Shown here: piece after piece, positions 14,855 through 26,055 of the stretch | Numbering within the stretch: position 1 is the first letter of the stretch | How the letters are laid out: each line of letters opens with the position of its first letter | From: Octopus vulgaris | Lineage: Eukaryota | Direction: 5' to 3' | Length of the DNA stretch: 64,000 bases | Assembly: GCA_951406725.2 (NCBI GenBank) | Contig: OX597815.1 | Location: 88,784,001-88,848,000 of the forward strand | Program-made: the position numbers and the translations under genes | Notes under the pieces: model-generated | What the model was told of the DNA's origin: nothing | The model's database searches: none | The model's input: the letters and a program-made list of their open reading frames with translations, nothing else

Positions 14855-16711
14855 TTAGTTAGTTAGTTAGTTAGTTAATTTGGCTCAAAAGCAAATAGCA
14901 AGGCCATGTAGGGGGACATGGAGTTAAGTACAGGGTGGTGTTCATGTAAAGAGTTCAGGCCACTTGAGGTCCAGGGAGGCTTTGAACAAAGCGGTCGTCG
15001 GCATCTTCACCATCTCGTCTGGCAGCTTGTTCCACGGATCCGCAACCCGGACGGAGAAAGCTCCTCTCCTTCGATTGAGATGAAATCGTCGCAGGTAGAG
15101 CTTTTCGGAATGACCCCGCAGCCGACGCTCTGGAGCAGGAGTGAAGAACAGCTCTTTCGAGAGGTTACACTTTCCGCTTATGATGTTGTGGGCGAGAATG
15201 AGATCACTACGGCGGCGGCGTTTTTCAAGAGAATAAAGATCGAGCGTCCTCAGCCTTTCTTCGTAGGACAACTTTTTGAGACCATGAACCATGCGGGTAG
15301 CCAGCTTCTGGACTCTTTCGAGATGTTGTATGTCTTTGAGGAGATAAGGAGAAGAGGCTTTAATCCCATACTACAATATGGGTCTCACCAGCGTGACATA
15401 GAGTGGTAGGAATATGGCTGCTGTGAGCATTCCGAATGACCGTCGAATCAAGAACAGAATTCCACGTGCTTTGTTGGCAGCATGGACGCACTGGGCCGAA
15501 GGCGAAAAGGAGGAATCCACCAAGATACCTAGGTCCTTTACCTGATCGGTCCTCTCCAGCAGCAGACGACCCGGCTCGAAGTCAAGTTGAGTTGCAGGAG
15601 TAGAGCCGACAGGCAGATGACAGCACTTTGACACGTTCAGATACAGGTCCCAATCGTTAGACCACTTCCAAATTTGGTGGAGGCATCGACGAAGATCCTC
15701 TATATTACCGCGAGGAGCGACCAGTTTGATATCGTCGGCAAATAGAAGGGTGTGTTGCGTGAGGTCGTCGGGCAAGTCATTTATGAAGACTAAGAACAAC
15801 AAGGGCCCAAGCACTGAACCTTGAGGCACGCCACTGCTCGCACTGGAGACGTCGGACCGCGAACCATTAACTTGGACTTGGAAGGAGCGATCTGAGAGGA
15901 AGGCACCAACCCATCGTACAATATCCGGATGGAAACTATATGCTTGAAGCTTGACAAGTAATAGGCGGTGGTTTACCGAGTCAAAAGCTTTGGCAAAGTC
16001 CAGTAAAACGATGTCAACAGCATCACTATCATCGAGGATGCGCGTCACCAATTCTTCCATTACTAGTAAGTTGGTCAAGCATGATCTCTTCAGCACGAAG
16101 CCGTGTTGGGAATCAGAGATAGAGGCTGTGTTTAGGAGGTGGAGCATCATACTTTTCTTAAGGATGGTTTCGAACATCTTGCTTATTATTGATGTAAGGG
16201 AAACCGGTCGGTAGTTAAGCGGGTCTTCGCGGCTCCCTTTCTTGAAAATTGGGTAGATTATCGCTGTTCTCCAGTCTGCAGGTATAACACCCGTCGCCAA
16301 TGACATATTGAATAGTCGTGTTAAGGGCTCGCAGATGACCGGAGCCAACGCTTTGATAACCCGTGGGTGTATGCCGTCAGGGCCGTGACCCTTGTTGACA
16401 TCGAGGCCTTGAATAACACGTTTGACTTCGTCCCGCGTGATGACCAATCGAAGCATTGGAGGTACCGATCTATCAAATGGAGGGGGTTCACGACCATCAT
16501 CTTGTTTGAAAATAGTTGAAAAAGCCTCGGCAAATAATTGACTCTGTTGATAAGGGTCCTCAATCGATACGCCTGTTGAGTCTACCAACGTTGTAATCTG
16601 GTTGTTCAAGCGGGAATTCCGCTGGACATGGGCAAAGAAGGTTTTTGGATTGCTACTGGCATTTGCCGCGATTTTGTATTCATAACTGAAGCGTTCTTTC
16701 TTTTCGATTTC
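14855..16711 (-). mobile_element. 5'-truncated CR1-group LINE retrotransposon, young copy
   Basis: RT ORF, short 3' UTR and (TAAC)n 3' tail. GAGATG is repeated at both junctions (14849-14854 and 16712-16717). The GC content shifts sharply relative to the flanks. Confidence 0.93.
14942..16609 (-). pseudogene. CR1-type ORF2 reverse transcriptase with one in-frame nonsense codon
   Basis: Motifs GPDGIHP, NYRPVSLTS, QHGF, DFAKAFDSV, GVPQGSVLGPLLF, FADD, KDLG and YEERL. The two ORF-track segments are in the same frame and are separated by TAG at 15371-15373, where RPILEY predicts GAG. Confidence 0.92.
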
Positions 16712-17332
16712 GAGATGAGTTATGGTATGAGAATGAGGAACAAACTGAGATGTGATCTTAGAAAATGAAATATGTACTTGAAGGCAGACAATGAAAACGT
16801 ATCTGTGTAGAAAAATGAGCTAGGAAGAAAGAAAGAAAGAAAGAGAGAGAGGGGGAGAGAGAGATAAAGAGTAAATGATATTCGTCCGTGTCGTTGTCGA
16901 CAATGAAAAAGGCATCATACGAAAGAAAAAGGCGGGACAAGGTGTATTCGGTTGAAGTCGATCAGCCAGATGCGTGCTCGGAAGGTTCTGCCATCGGTCG
17001 GGTACTGATGGTCTCCTGGAACTGACGGCAAGGAATTGGGTCTGGACTTGCGCAGTTCGTGTTTTCTTTGTTTTTCATGCGATCCTTTTCTGTTCATAGT
17101 TTCTTTATCCCTTGAAAATTTTAGTAGCATTATTGTCCATATCTTCCTAGTCTTTACATCTCAGCAATTTATGTCAACGTTAAAGGCAAAACGCCTTTTT
17201 TACGGTTATAAGCTGAGCTGTTTGTAATACGAGACGGACCTAGTCATTTACTACTGAACACTTTGCACGTCTCCTCAGTGATTTGAACTCGTGACTCGAA
17301 AAGCATGAAAATTGGTCGAAACATAATACTAG

Positions 17333-17476
17333 TTCTATATTTAAGAGATGAGGAATTATGTACATTATTTACATTATTTCCATTTGACGGATATTTGTCC
17401 TCATGCGGCATATGACGTAGTTGTTAAGAGCGCGGGCTACTAACCCCAAGATTCCGAGTTCGATTCTAGGCAGTGA

Positions 17477-17541
<65 letters not shown>

Positions 17542-17584
17542 CGAGAAACGGAAGAAAATTTGAAGAAAGAAGGAAAAAATAATA

Positions 17585-17617
<33 letters not shown>

Positions 17618-17770
17618 TCGAAAAATACCTTAGGAATGAGAATCCAGATTCGAAATTTCCCCAAGACATCTGATGAAGTCTGGAGGGTATTTCAGCCGAA
17701 ACGTTGTGTTATCAACAAACAAGATGAGGACAAATACCAGTCAAATGTAAATAATGTAAATAATGTACAT
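17333..17770 (+). mobile_element. Non-autonomous element with tRNA-like head, (AAT)n, hammerhead and inverted PLE-like terminal repeat
   Basis: 10-bp TSD ATAATACTAG (17323-17332 and 17771-17780). 48-bp inverted repeat 17357-17404 vs 17724-17771. tRNA-like segment 17405-17478 with B box GTTCGATTC. HHR at 17665-17710. Confidence 0.8.
17665..17710 (+). ncRNA. Minimal type-I hammerhead ribozyme motif
   Basis: GACAT-CTGATGA-A-GTCTG gagggtattt CAGCC-GAAA-CGTT-GTGTT. Core is intact, stem II has one mismatch, stem III is the palindrome ACGT, and stem I is GACAU/GUGUU. Confidence 0.75.
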
Positions 17771-18583
17771 ATAATACTAGCCTGGTAGCTTTGAACCGTC
17801 AGTGGCCTGTAATCCATCCTCAATCTGGTTCACAAAATGTGTCCCACAGTTTCCAACTTATAATGTTTCAAACTCTTCTTGTCCGAACCGATTGAAAGAT
17901 GCCTCTTTGACTATTGGCGAAGTCTCTCGTGTTATTGTACAGTTTATGTTATTATGTCCACCCTGAACACATGTTTGACATTGTGACTTATGTTTTTGTT
18001 TTTGCTTTGATCCCCATCCTTAACTATGTAATCACCTCATCCACTTTTCTTACGGACACTGTCTGGCATATCGCCCTTTATGTAGCTTTTGCTGACTAAA
18101 GCACTGCAGTGGAATATAGTTAGTCTACGGATGATATGTTACTTGATTTACGATCAGATGATCAGCACTGCCCGGTCCTATTAAAAGAAGCCTTTCCTTG
18201 GTGTATCTCCAAGCTTCTTTGAAGAGGAAAAGTCCGAAAGCATAACTTGCCTTCATAGTTGTTTACTCTATATCACATTTTCAAAGGATATTCATTTCCG
18301 ATTCCATATCCATATAGATTATTGAACTTGAGATAACCTCAACCTTCAGGTCTCGGGCAATTATGGGCTGTCTTTCACTGTGCTAGACTTGGCAATGACT
18401 AACAACGATAAGGATTACGAGCCCCTAACTATTGCAATCTTCCCTGCTCACTACAGTTTTTTTTCCGCCGATTAACTATTCATCCTAGACACTTCTCTTA
18501 TCTTCCAAAGATACTCACCGAATTAATTTACACAAGTAACGTTGACCTTAATATATAGATATATTTTGTAGTACATTACAGCT

Positions 18584-18626
<43 letters not shown>

Positions 18627-18633
18627 ATAATAA

Positions 18634-18922
18634 CTATTAGGGAATAAATCCAAACTTACAGGGAAAAATCAGATTTAGGATTGAATCCAATTTAATAGTA
18701 AAATATTATATTATATTAAATTAGAGACAAAACCACTATTATGCAACTCAAACAAAGAAAGACTTAAGCCAATACATAAATTAATTTATATTAATTAGAA
18801 ATGTAACAATTATTAATAATTGTTACATTTCTAATTAATATAAATTAATTTATGTATTGGCTTAAGTCTTTCTTTGTTTGATTTGCATAATAGTGGTTTT
18901 GTCTCTAATTTAATATAATATA
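18634..18922. mobile_element. Fold-back copy of the 3' tail of a PLE-like HHR family (same family as 48981-49325)
   Basis: Spacerless palindrome 18707-18922 centred at 18814/18815 with one mismatch. The left arm plus 18634-18706 is the reverse complement of about 49165-49325. Flanked by (TA)n. Confidence 0.85.
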
Positions 18923-18939
18923 TATATATATATAATAGA

Positions 18940-19358
18940 AATATTAATATTTCAAAGTCTCTCTAATGGAGACTATGGCAACGGTACTGGATATTAATAG
19001 TTATCGCCAAGCTAACATGGCAGTCCAGAAAAGTAGGACGAATATTAATATTTCAATTTTTGAAAACCAGTGGATGTATTCCACTGAATTTTAGGTAAAT
19101 AATCTTTCGAACAGACAGCAGTAGCGACGTCTGCTGGGTTTGGCTACTGTATATTGATAAGGGGCAAATACCCTGAAACTAGTCTGTAGATGCCAGACTA
19201 GCAAGTGGAAGCGGCTGACCTCCCCTGTCTGACGGTTATAATGGACACAGGTTCGTGTGTCACATAACTAGCTAGAGGCGATGGCCTCTTGGAGCTAATC
19301 AACGACAGCATTCGTCCTATTTTTCTGGACTGTCATGTTAGCTTGGCGATAACTCTCA
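18940..19358 (+). mobile_element. Short non-coding element with 45-bp inverted repeats and a degenerate hammerhead
   Basis: Inverted repeat 18999-19043 vs 19310-19354. TTGATAA-GGGGcaaataCCCT-GAAA-CTAGTC-TGTA at 19150-19188. (TA)n on both sides. Confidence 0.7.
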
Positions 19359-19371
19359 ATATATATATATG

Positions 19372-19432
<61 letters not shown>

Positions 19433-19611
19433 GTATAGATACATACATGTTTATATAATAGTTTGGACAAATAAGTATAGGTCGATTGTCGATTAGTGCG
19501 TTTAAATGTCGAGTAGATCACCGGCACATTTGAGGCTACCTGCTGTCATCCGCAGTTGTGGTATATTTCCGTTGGATCTATTTCAGGAACTCCGCAGTAG
19601 CAGTTAGGGTA

Positions 19612-19941
19612 ATGATATTAATTAACAGGAGATGGATTCAGTATTAAAACCTTTATTGTGTACAACATATGTTTCGACCCGTTAGCTGGCTTCTTATATG
19701 TTCATCATATTAGATAATAAATAAAAGCAAATAATATTGCAGAAACGCAAAAAATTCAAATATGAACGTGGAAATATTGCGTTCCAGTTTAGATAATGAC
19801 CTAATCAGCTTTCGCTGTCATAACTGCTTAGAGGAAAAAGAAAGTAGAAGGAGGAAAGAAGATTAATACTTAGTCATGTAGTTTTATGTTCATGCATATG
19901 CATACAGATAGACAGGCAGACAGAGCCACACATGTATATAT

Positions 19942-19998
<57 letters not shown>

Positions 19999-20008
19999 CA
20001 TACATACA

Positions 20009-20069
<61 letters not shown>

Positions 20070-20312
20070 CACACTCACATATATATATACATACAAATAC
20101 ATAGAAACACATATAAATAAGTACTCACGTATACACACAGAGACACATATATACACACACAGACATACACATGCGCAAACAGACAGACACGCACACTCAC
20201 ATATACGAAACCGCACATACTTATATATATATAAACATACATACACACACATATATGTACATATATACCCAATAGAGGTTTAATACAAAATCCATCTGTT
20301 AATTAATATCAT
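19612..20312 (-). mobile_element. PLE-like element with imperfect inverted repeats of about 45 bp and an HHR remnant
   Basis: ATGATATTAATTAACAG..ATGGATT.. (19612-19658) is inverted at 20269-20312. Minus strand has GGTC-GAAA-CATATGT-TGTAC with a palindromic stem III at about 19660-19710. Confidence 0.55.
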
Positions 20313-20325
20313 ATATATATATATA

Positions 20326-21941
20326 CAGTTGCGGCCAAAATGTTCAGAACGGCATTGTTTTCGTCAGAAAAGTAGGTATAAGTTTTTATCAAATTTGTTT
20401 TTTATTCTATAATTTTCTCAGACAATAAATACGATATTGTTTGTTATTGTCTGAGATTCTGGTGTAATTTAAGGGGATAATACAAAAGTTACGGATGATT
20501 TAGCGATTTACTGCAAAACCCATGCCGGCCAAAATGATCAGAACGGTTGAAAAATAATAAAATAATCAAAAATGACAGAGAATACTGGAATTATTTAATA
20601 TTTAGCGTGAAGCCCTTTAGCTTCAATCACACTTTGACATCTTCGACTGCATGAGGAAATTAAATTTTCAATTTCTTGCTGGGTGGTCTTATTTAATTTT
20701 CTTCCTCATGGGCATTCAATAATTGCTCGGTTGTTTTAGGATTTCTGGCCTTCGAACGTTCTCCTAGAATATTCCTCACATTTTCAATAGGATTGAGATC
20801 TGGGCTTTGAGCAGGCCAATCCATAACAATAACCTTTTTAGCCTTGAGGAAGTTCATGACCACTCTAGCCTTGTGACATGGGGCATTGTCCTGCATGAAT
20901 ATGGGTGGTCGCTTAGTTGAATTTCTCAGCACAGGCAAGACATGATCTTTTACAAGTTGTTTATAAACTCCTGCATTTTACTTTCCATGTAATCGCACCA
21001 CAGGGCCCACACCATCTCCAGATATCATCCCCCAAACCATGACACTTCCTCCACCGAATTTAACACTAGTCTTAAGGCATTTAGTCGACAATTTTTCACC
21101 TGCTTTTCGACGAACGTACCTTTTCCCATCTGAGCCATATAACATAGACTTAGATTCATCACTGAAATGCACCGTTTGCCATTTTTCTTGAGACCACAAC
21201 ACATGTTCGGTTGCAAAGGTAAGACGACACTTTTTATTCTGGGAGCTGATCAGTGGCTTCACTGCAGGTGCTCTTGCTTGTAGGTCATGTTCAACTAAAG
21301 GATGAGACACAGTTTTTCGAGATAAAGTTTTCTTCAGTACAACGCTCATTTCCCGGAAAACAGCAGCAGCAGTTTTAAATCTGTCCTTTTTAACCAACTT
21401 TACCATAGCACGATCTTCTCTCTTGGTCGTTTTTCTTGGCCTATCTGTAGACTTTCTTGCTTCACACGAACCACAATCATCGTAGACCATAAGAATACCA
21501 TGAACAACCCTTTTTGACTTGTTAACAATCTTTGCAATAGACCCAATACTTAAATTATCCTTCTTTCAAAGCTTAATAATCTGCTGACGAATTGGTAACG
21601 GAGTAAGTGGCATTATATAAACAAAGTACACTGCAGATATTCTTACTAATGTTTAGTAAATGAACCGTCAAGTAAACAAATTCAAAACATTAGAGTTCGC
21701 CGGTTCAATATACTAAAGTACGGAGTAAAAGCAACCGTTCTGATCAGTTTGGCCGCCATGGGTTTTGCAGTAAATCACTAAATCATCCATAACTTTTGTA
21801 TTATCCTTTCAAATTACACCAAAATCTCAGGCAATAACAAATATCGTATTTATTGTCTAGAATATAAAACAAATTTGATAAAAACTTATACCTACTTTTC
21901 TGACGAAAACAATGCCGTTCTGAACATTTTGGCCGCCACTG
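20326..21941 (-). mobile_element. Tc1-family DNA transposon (DD34E, IR/DR type), full length, defective
   Basis: CAGT...ACTG ends within TA. TIRs of about 210-220 bp carry inner and outer direct repeats GGCCAAAATG(T/A)TCAGAACGG. Transposase motifs FSDES, QDNAPCH and SPDLNPIEN. Confidence 0.95.
20595..21613 (-). pseudogene. Tc1 transposase pseudogene (copy 1)
   Basis: Collinear with 47630-48646. Has an early TGA near 21567, a break at LHGK* and a premature stop after EEEN. Confidence 0.9.
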
Positions 21942-22233
21942 TATATATATATATAAACATATACATACATAATATCTATGTACGTACGTGTGTGTGTGTG
22001 TGTGGTAATCCCAAGTATGGAGGGGACGGATTATTTCTAGAACATCAACCCCATTCTTAGAGGTACTGTATTACATCCTGCAATATCAAATTCTCCCTGA
22101 AATTTCAATATGTTGGAACAGCTTCCTTTTATAAAAAATTCTCTGCTCTGGTCTGTAGTAGCTGGCGTTTGTAGAGGTGTTGACTTAAGAAGCCGCTCGG
22201 ATTTTTAAGTTATATATATATATATATATACAT

Positions 22234-22287
<54 letters not shown>

Positions 22288-23219
22288 CTGCGGGAGAGCG
22301 TACCAAAAATGTATGTAGCAAGATCCACACAGAGTTTGGCAAACTCCAAGGGCTGAGATTTCGAATCATCCTTAAAAGGATCTCTACATATTAAGGAATG
22401 ATTTCTTCTTTAGCCGGTTTCTTTCCTTTCGCAAAAATTCGCTTTTTAATACCCATTTTATACGCAACAATGATCATAGAGTCTTCGGAAGAGCTGATTA
22501 AAATAGGGTAATGAAGAGAAACCGCCTAAAATCAAAATGAAAAGAAAAGAAAAACAAAATGGAAAGTAAAATAACTTCAATGGGAAATTTGATGATGTGA
22601 AAAATAATGAGTTAATTAAAAACAAACAATAACAACGATTTAACTAAAACAAACGATAGAAGAAGCAAAAATCACACATACACACACGTCTTGAAAAGAT
22701 AAATAAAATCACTTCGACGTTAAAATTTTTCTTTCACTATTGATTAAACTTAGTCTAAGTACTAAAATAATGATGCGGATAAACAGGTGGTTCTTAGTAG
22801 ATACGGAAAATCAAAAGAAACGTAAGCATAGCATAAACGGATCGAACATCCATACGAAAACTAACGAAAAAAAAAGTGCAAAATGAACGAGAAACAGTCA
22901 GGCCTGGAGAGACAATCAAAAGAATAAAACAAAAATGTTGATTCTTTGAAACGATATGCATATCAATTTTGTAGAAATAAGCAAGCGATTGCAGTAGAGC
23001 AGGAAGTAATATTTAGGTGAGTCGATAGCCTAATCGACTGTACAGCCTACCTCGACAAGAGGAATTTTGATTAGGTAAGTGTGCAATATTGGAGAAAAGA
23101 GGTTAATGCAATGGAATAAAATGTAGTAGCAACGATTTAATGGTAAATATGAGTAAAACAGATGGAGATCTACATATAATTATGTGGTGGTGATGACGCG
23201 TTATCAGATAGCAGTTAGG

Positions 23220-23430
23220 TTGTTGTTATTGTTTATCTGTGCCAACCCTAATGAAGTAGCCTTATTAACTAAGATATTGCAACCATGATCATGCCGTCAT
23301 TTTAGAGATATCAACGATTAAACTATCTAACGTTGCTGTCCTTATATAAGAGATTAGGGTGTGACTTGAAGGAGATATAGCTGCTTTTTCCAGCAGGATG
23401 AAGAACCATTTGCAGGCTCCCTCATTGATA
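23220..23430 (+). repeat. Old dispersed repeat family D; related copies at about 43385-43570, 43950-44130, 44160-44270 and 56560-56730
   Basis: Shared degenerate blocks (TTGTTTA.CC..AG.TCAAC, CTACATT.TC, GG.GTGA.TT...GGAGAT.TGGCTG.T.TTTCTAG). Class unknown. Confidence 0.55.
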
Positions 23431-24659
23431 GATCAGTAGTTCAAATCATTGGAGTGCATCTATAACACTGTTTAGTGTCTAGGCTACAGTTACTTTATAC
23501 TGGTTGTGCACAGTTCAATTTAAATTGACAGTGGAATATGAGAACATGAAAATCAGTTAATACACTAAGTTCACCGAGACCCTAGCGCCAGCCTACAACA
23601 CGACCCTGATGACTCAAAATGAAATGAAATGAAATTTGAACGTGTTAAAATTTTGAAAATGTAAATATTTATCCCGTATGGTGAGTGGAGAGATTAGTGA
23701 AGAGAAACTCTTACTTATCTCTTCGCAACACAGGAATTAAGCTACAAACTTTATCGTAAAGTTTGCAGCTGAGACATCAAATATTTTCTTGGAATAACTT
23801 CATAAACCTTCCATTATGCTGCAATAAAGAGAAAAGTATTATAGCTAGATGTGAGTAAAGGCCAAATCACTTATCACTAATGAAGATATTCATAACTAGC
23901 AATAAAAATGACTTGGCAGGTGTGAAAATAGTTGCTTCAACTCTTAGAATTATGAAACGACTGATTGATGCAATTTCTCCTGAAGTAATTGTCAAAACGC
24001 CGTTTTTAGTATATACTAGTTCATATTAAAACTGGTGGTATTGTTCACTACTACAGGAATCTTGTTAAAGTTTCCTACTAAATACGATTAATTCGGAGAA
24101 GGAGTGGCAAACTCCATGACCTTTCTTCATAACCACAAAAGACACATGGTAAGAGTTATTCGAAATATGCTCGTATGCTTGCAAGTGAGCAGCCCATGCA
24201 CAAGGTTTGAAAGGGATTTAGAAAGGTTAAAAACTGTCGACGAAAAACGTGTAGTATTCTAGAAAAGAAACTATCTTTACGACAACAGCTGCCCATATTG
24301 TTTTAGTCTGCCAGATTTCACTCACAAAGTTTTATTCCTTCGAAGTCGTGTATATTTATCACACATACACACATGAGCACACACACAAACACACATATAC
24401 AAACACGTGTAAGTATAGACTAGTGTATACATATTTATATATGTATACTTATATTTGTGTGTGTATATATATATATACATGTAGACGTATATATGTGACT
24501 ATACATATAAGCATTTGCGCATATAACACACACACACACATATATATAACTGTATAATAATATACATAATATTCATTCTCTGTTTTGAGGCGACAATTTT
24601 TAACTACAATACAAATGACCGAAAGTGATGCGCTAACCGTTCGGGCTTGTTTATAAATA

Positions 24660-24807
24660 TCATATGTAGTGTAAAGTTAATCCAAACATGAAAACACAAA
24701 GAGAAAACACAACAACGCGAGCACGTGGAACAAGTATAGTGTTATTGGACGCTCAGGAAAGGAAAGAAAGAAGGAGGATTTAACGTTTCGAGCGGAGCTC
24801 TTCGTCA
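24660..24807 (-). mobile_element. PLE pseudo-LTR fragment truncated within a hammerhead
   Basis: Minus strand reads TGACGA-A-GAGC tcc GCTC-GAAA-CGTTA-AA (24778-24807), followed by a T-rich tail. Related to 60515-60640. Confidence 0.65.
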
Positions 24808-24918
24808 TATTTGGCATTAGAAAATTTGTTTTCTTTTGCTCTTGTTTATAAATTTAACCTTTAAATATGTTCTTTAATATGCTGGCCATTGATAGAATTT
24901 GTTTCGAAAAGTTTTATC

Positions 24919-24990
<72 letters not shown>

Positions 24991-25022
24991 TATATACATA
25001 CATACATATATATATACATACT

Positions 25023-25138
<116 letters not shown>

Positions 25139-25169
25139 AGCATGCATAAAATAGTTTTATACACAAAGA

Positions 25170-25232
25170 AGAGCTGATGAGCTACAGATTCCAAGTTAGT
25201 TTATTTGACAAATATTAGCGAAACTCGAGTTC
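25170..25232 (+). ncRNA. Hammerhead core motif lacking the stem I 3' strand
   Basis: CTGATGA-GCTA...(32 nt)...TAGC-GAAA-CTCGAG-TT. Stem II base is perfect and stem III is the palindrome ACTCGAGT. Confidence 0.6.
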
Positions 25233-25308
25233 GAGATTAACTAATTCGGTTTTTGTTCATATATATATGCACATATACATAGGTATATGTACATACTTAC
25301 ATCTATAC

Positions 25309-25339
<31 letters not shown>

Positions 25340-25359
<20 letters not shown>

Positions 25360-25480
25360 GTATGTGGGCACAGGACGTCACGAAATGTGTACAAAAACAT
25401 TCGAAGCACAAGTAAATGAACTATTCTTTCGAACAACGATATACACAAATGGAAAACAAAACAAACAACATAAAGATCAA
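25340..25480 (-). mobile_element. Fragment related to repeat family E (46900 and 56160 copies)
   Basis: Minus strand TCGTTGTTCGAAAG...TGACGTCCTGTGCCCACATACGC resembles TCGTTGTTCGAAAAG...TGATGTCCTGTACACATATATGC. Confidence 0.55.
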
Positions 25481-25489
25481 GCTTAATCA

Positions 25490-25992
25490 ATGTTGTTATC
25501 GTGCAATGCCTGTGCAAGAAGATTGTTTTTAAAGTGAGGAAAGGCTGTGCACTGAGTCAATCCCACTCACTAAGCAACACCAGCCATAATCCGAAAAGAA
25601 GAGCAAGTCAACATCATCGGTAACCACTGAGCCGCAGTTTTAGGCCAGAGATATCCCAGTTACCTGAGTTACCTTCTCCTAGAAGGATGCCCTAACAAAG
25701 GCTAGGAGTCCTTCACTCCCAATGGTTTAACCGCGCGATCGTGCATTCAGTCTGATTATTTCTATGTCCCCGCGCATGATACAGCCTTAAGACATTTATT
25801 CGATAGCCTTTGACTCTCAAGGGTTTCTCCACTCTTTGACGGGTTTTGTTTTTCATACCGCAGGGTGTCCAATAGACACCCTCCTCACCAAGGAAGCTTA
25901 CTGGGGTTGCCGGTTTAGTCGCCGACGACCCGACCATGCAACAGGTTGTACTGGGTTACATGTTACCAGTAGCACTCGAAAGTGACCTGACA
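25490..25992 (-). mobile_element. GC-richer non-coding element resembling an RTE-type 5' UTR or non-autonomous derivative
   Basis: Minus strand has GGCATCCTTCTAGGAGAAGGTAACTC, similar to a motif I recall from RTE-clade 5' UTRs. Hairpin GGGTGTC-TATTG-GACACCC and an (AAC)-like tail. Confidence 0.45.
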
Positions 25993-25994
25993 TA

Positions 25995-26055
<61 letters not shown>

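Noticed and set aside
14918-16214. Plus-strand ORFs of 163 aa and 87 aa
   Set aside because: They are antisense shadows of the CR1 reverse transcriptase.
23540-24300. Possible Helitron helicase relic
   Set aside because: The motif resemblance is too weak to support by eye.
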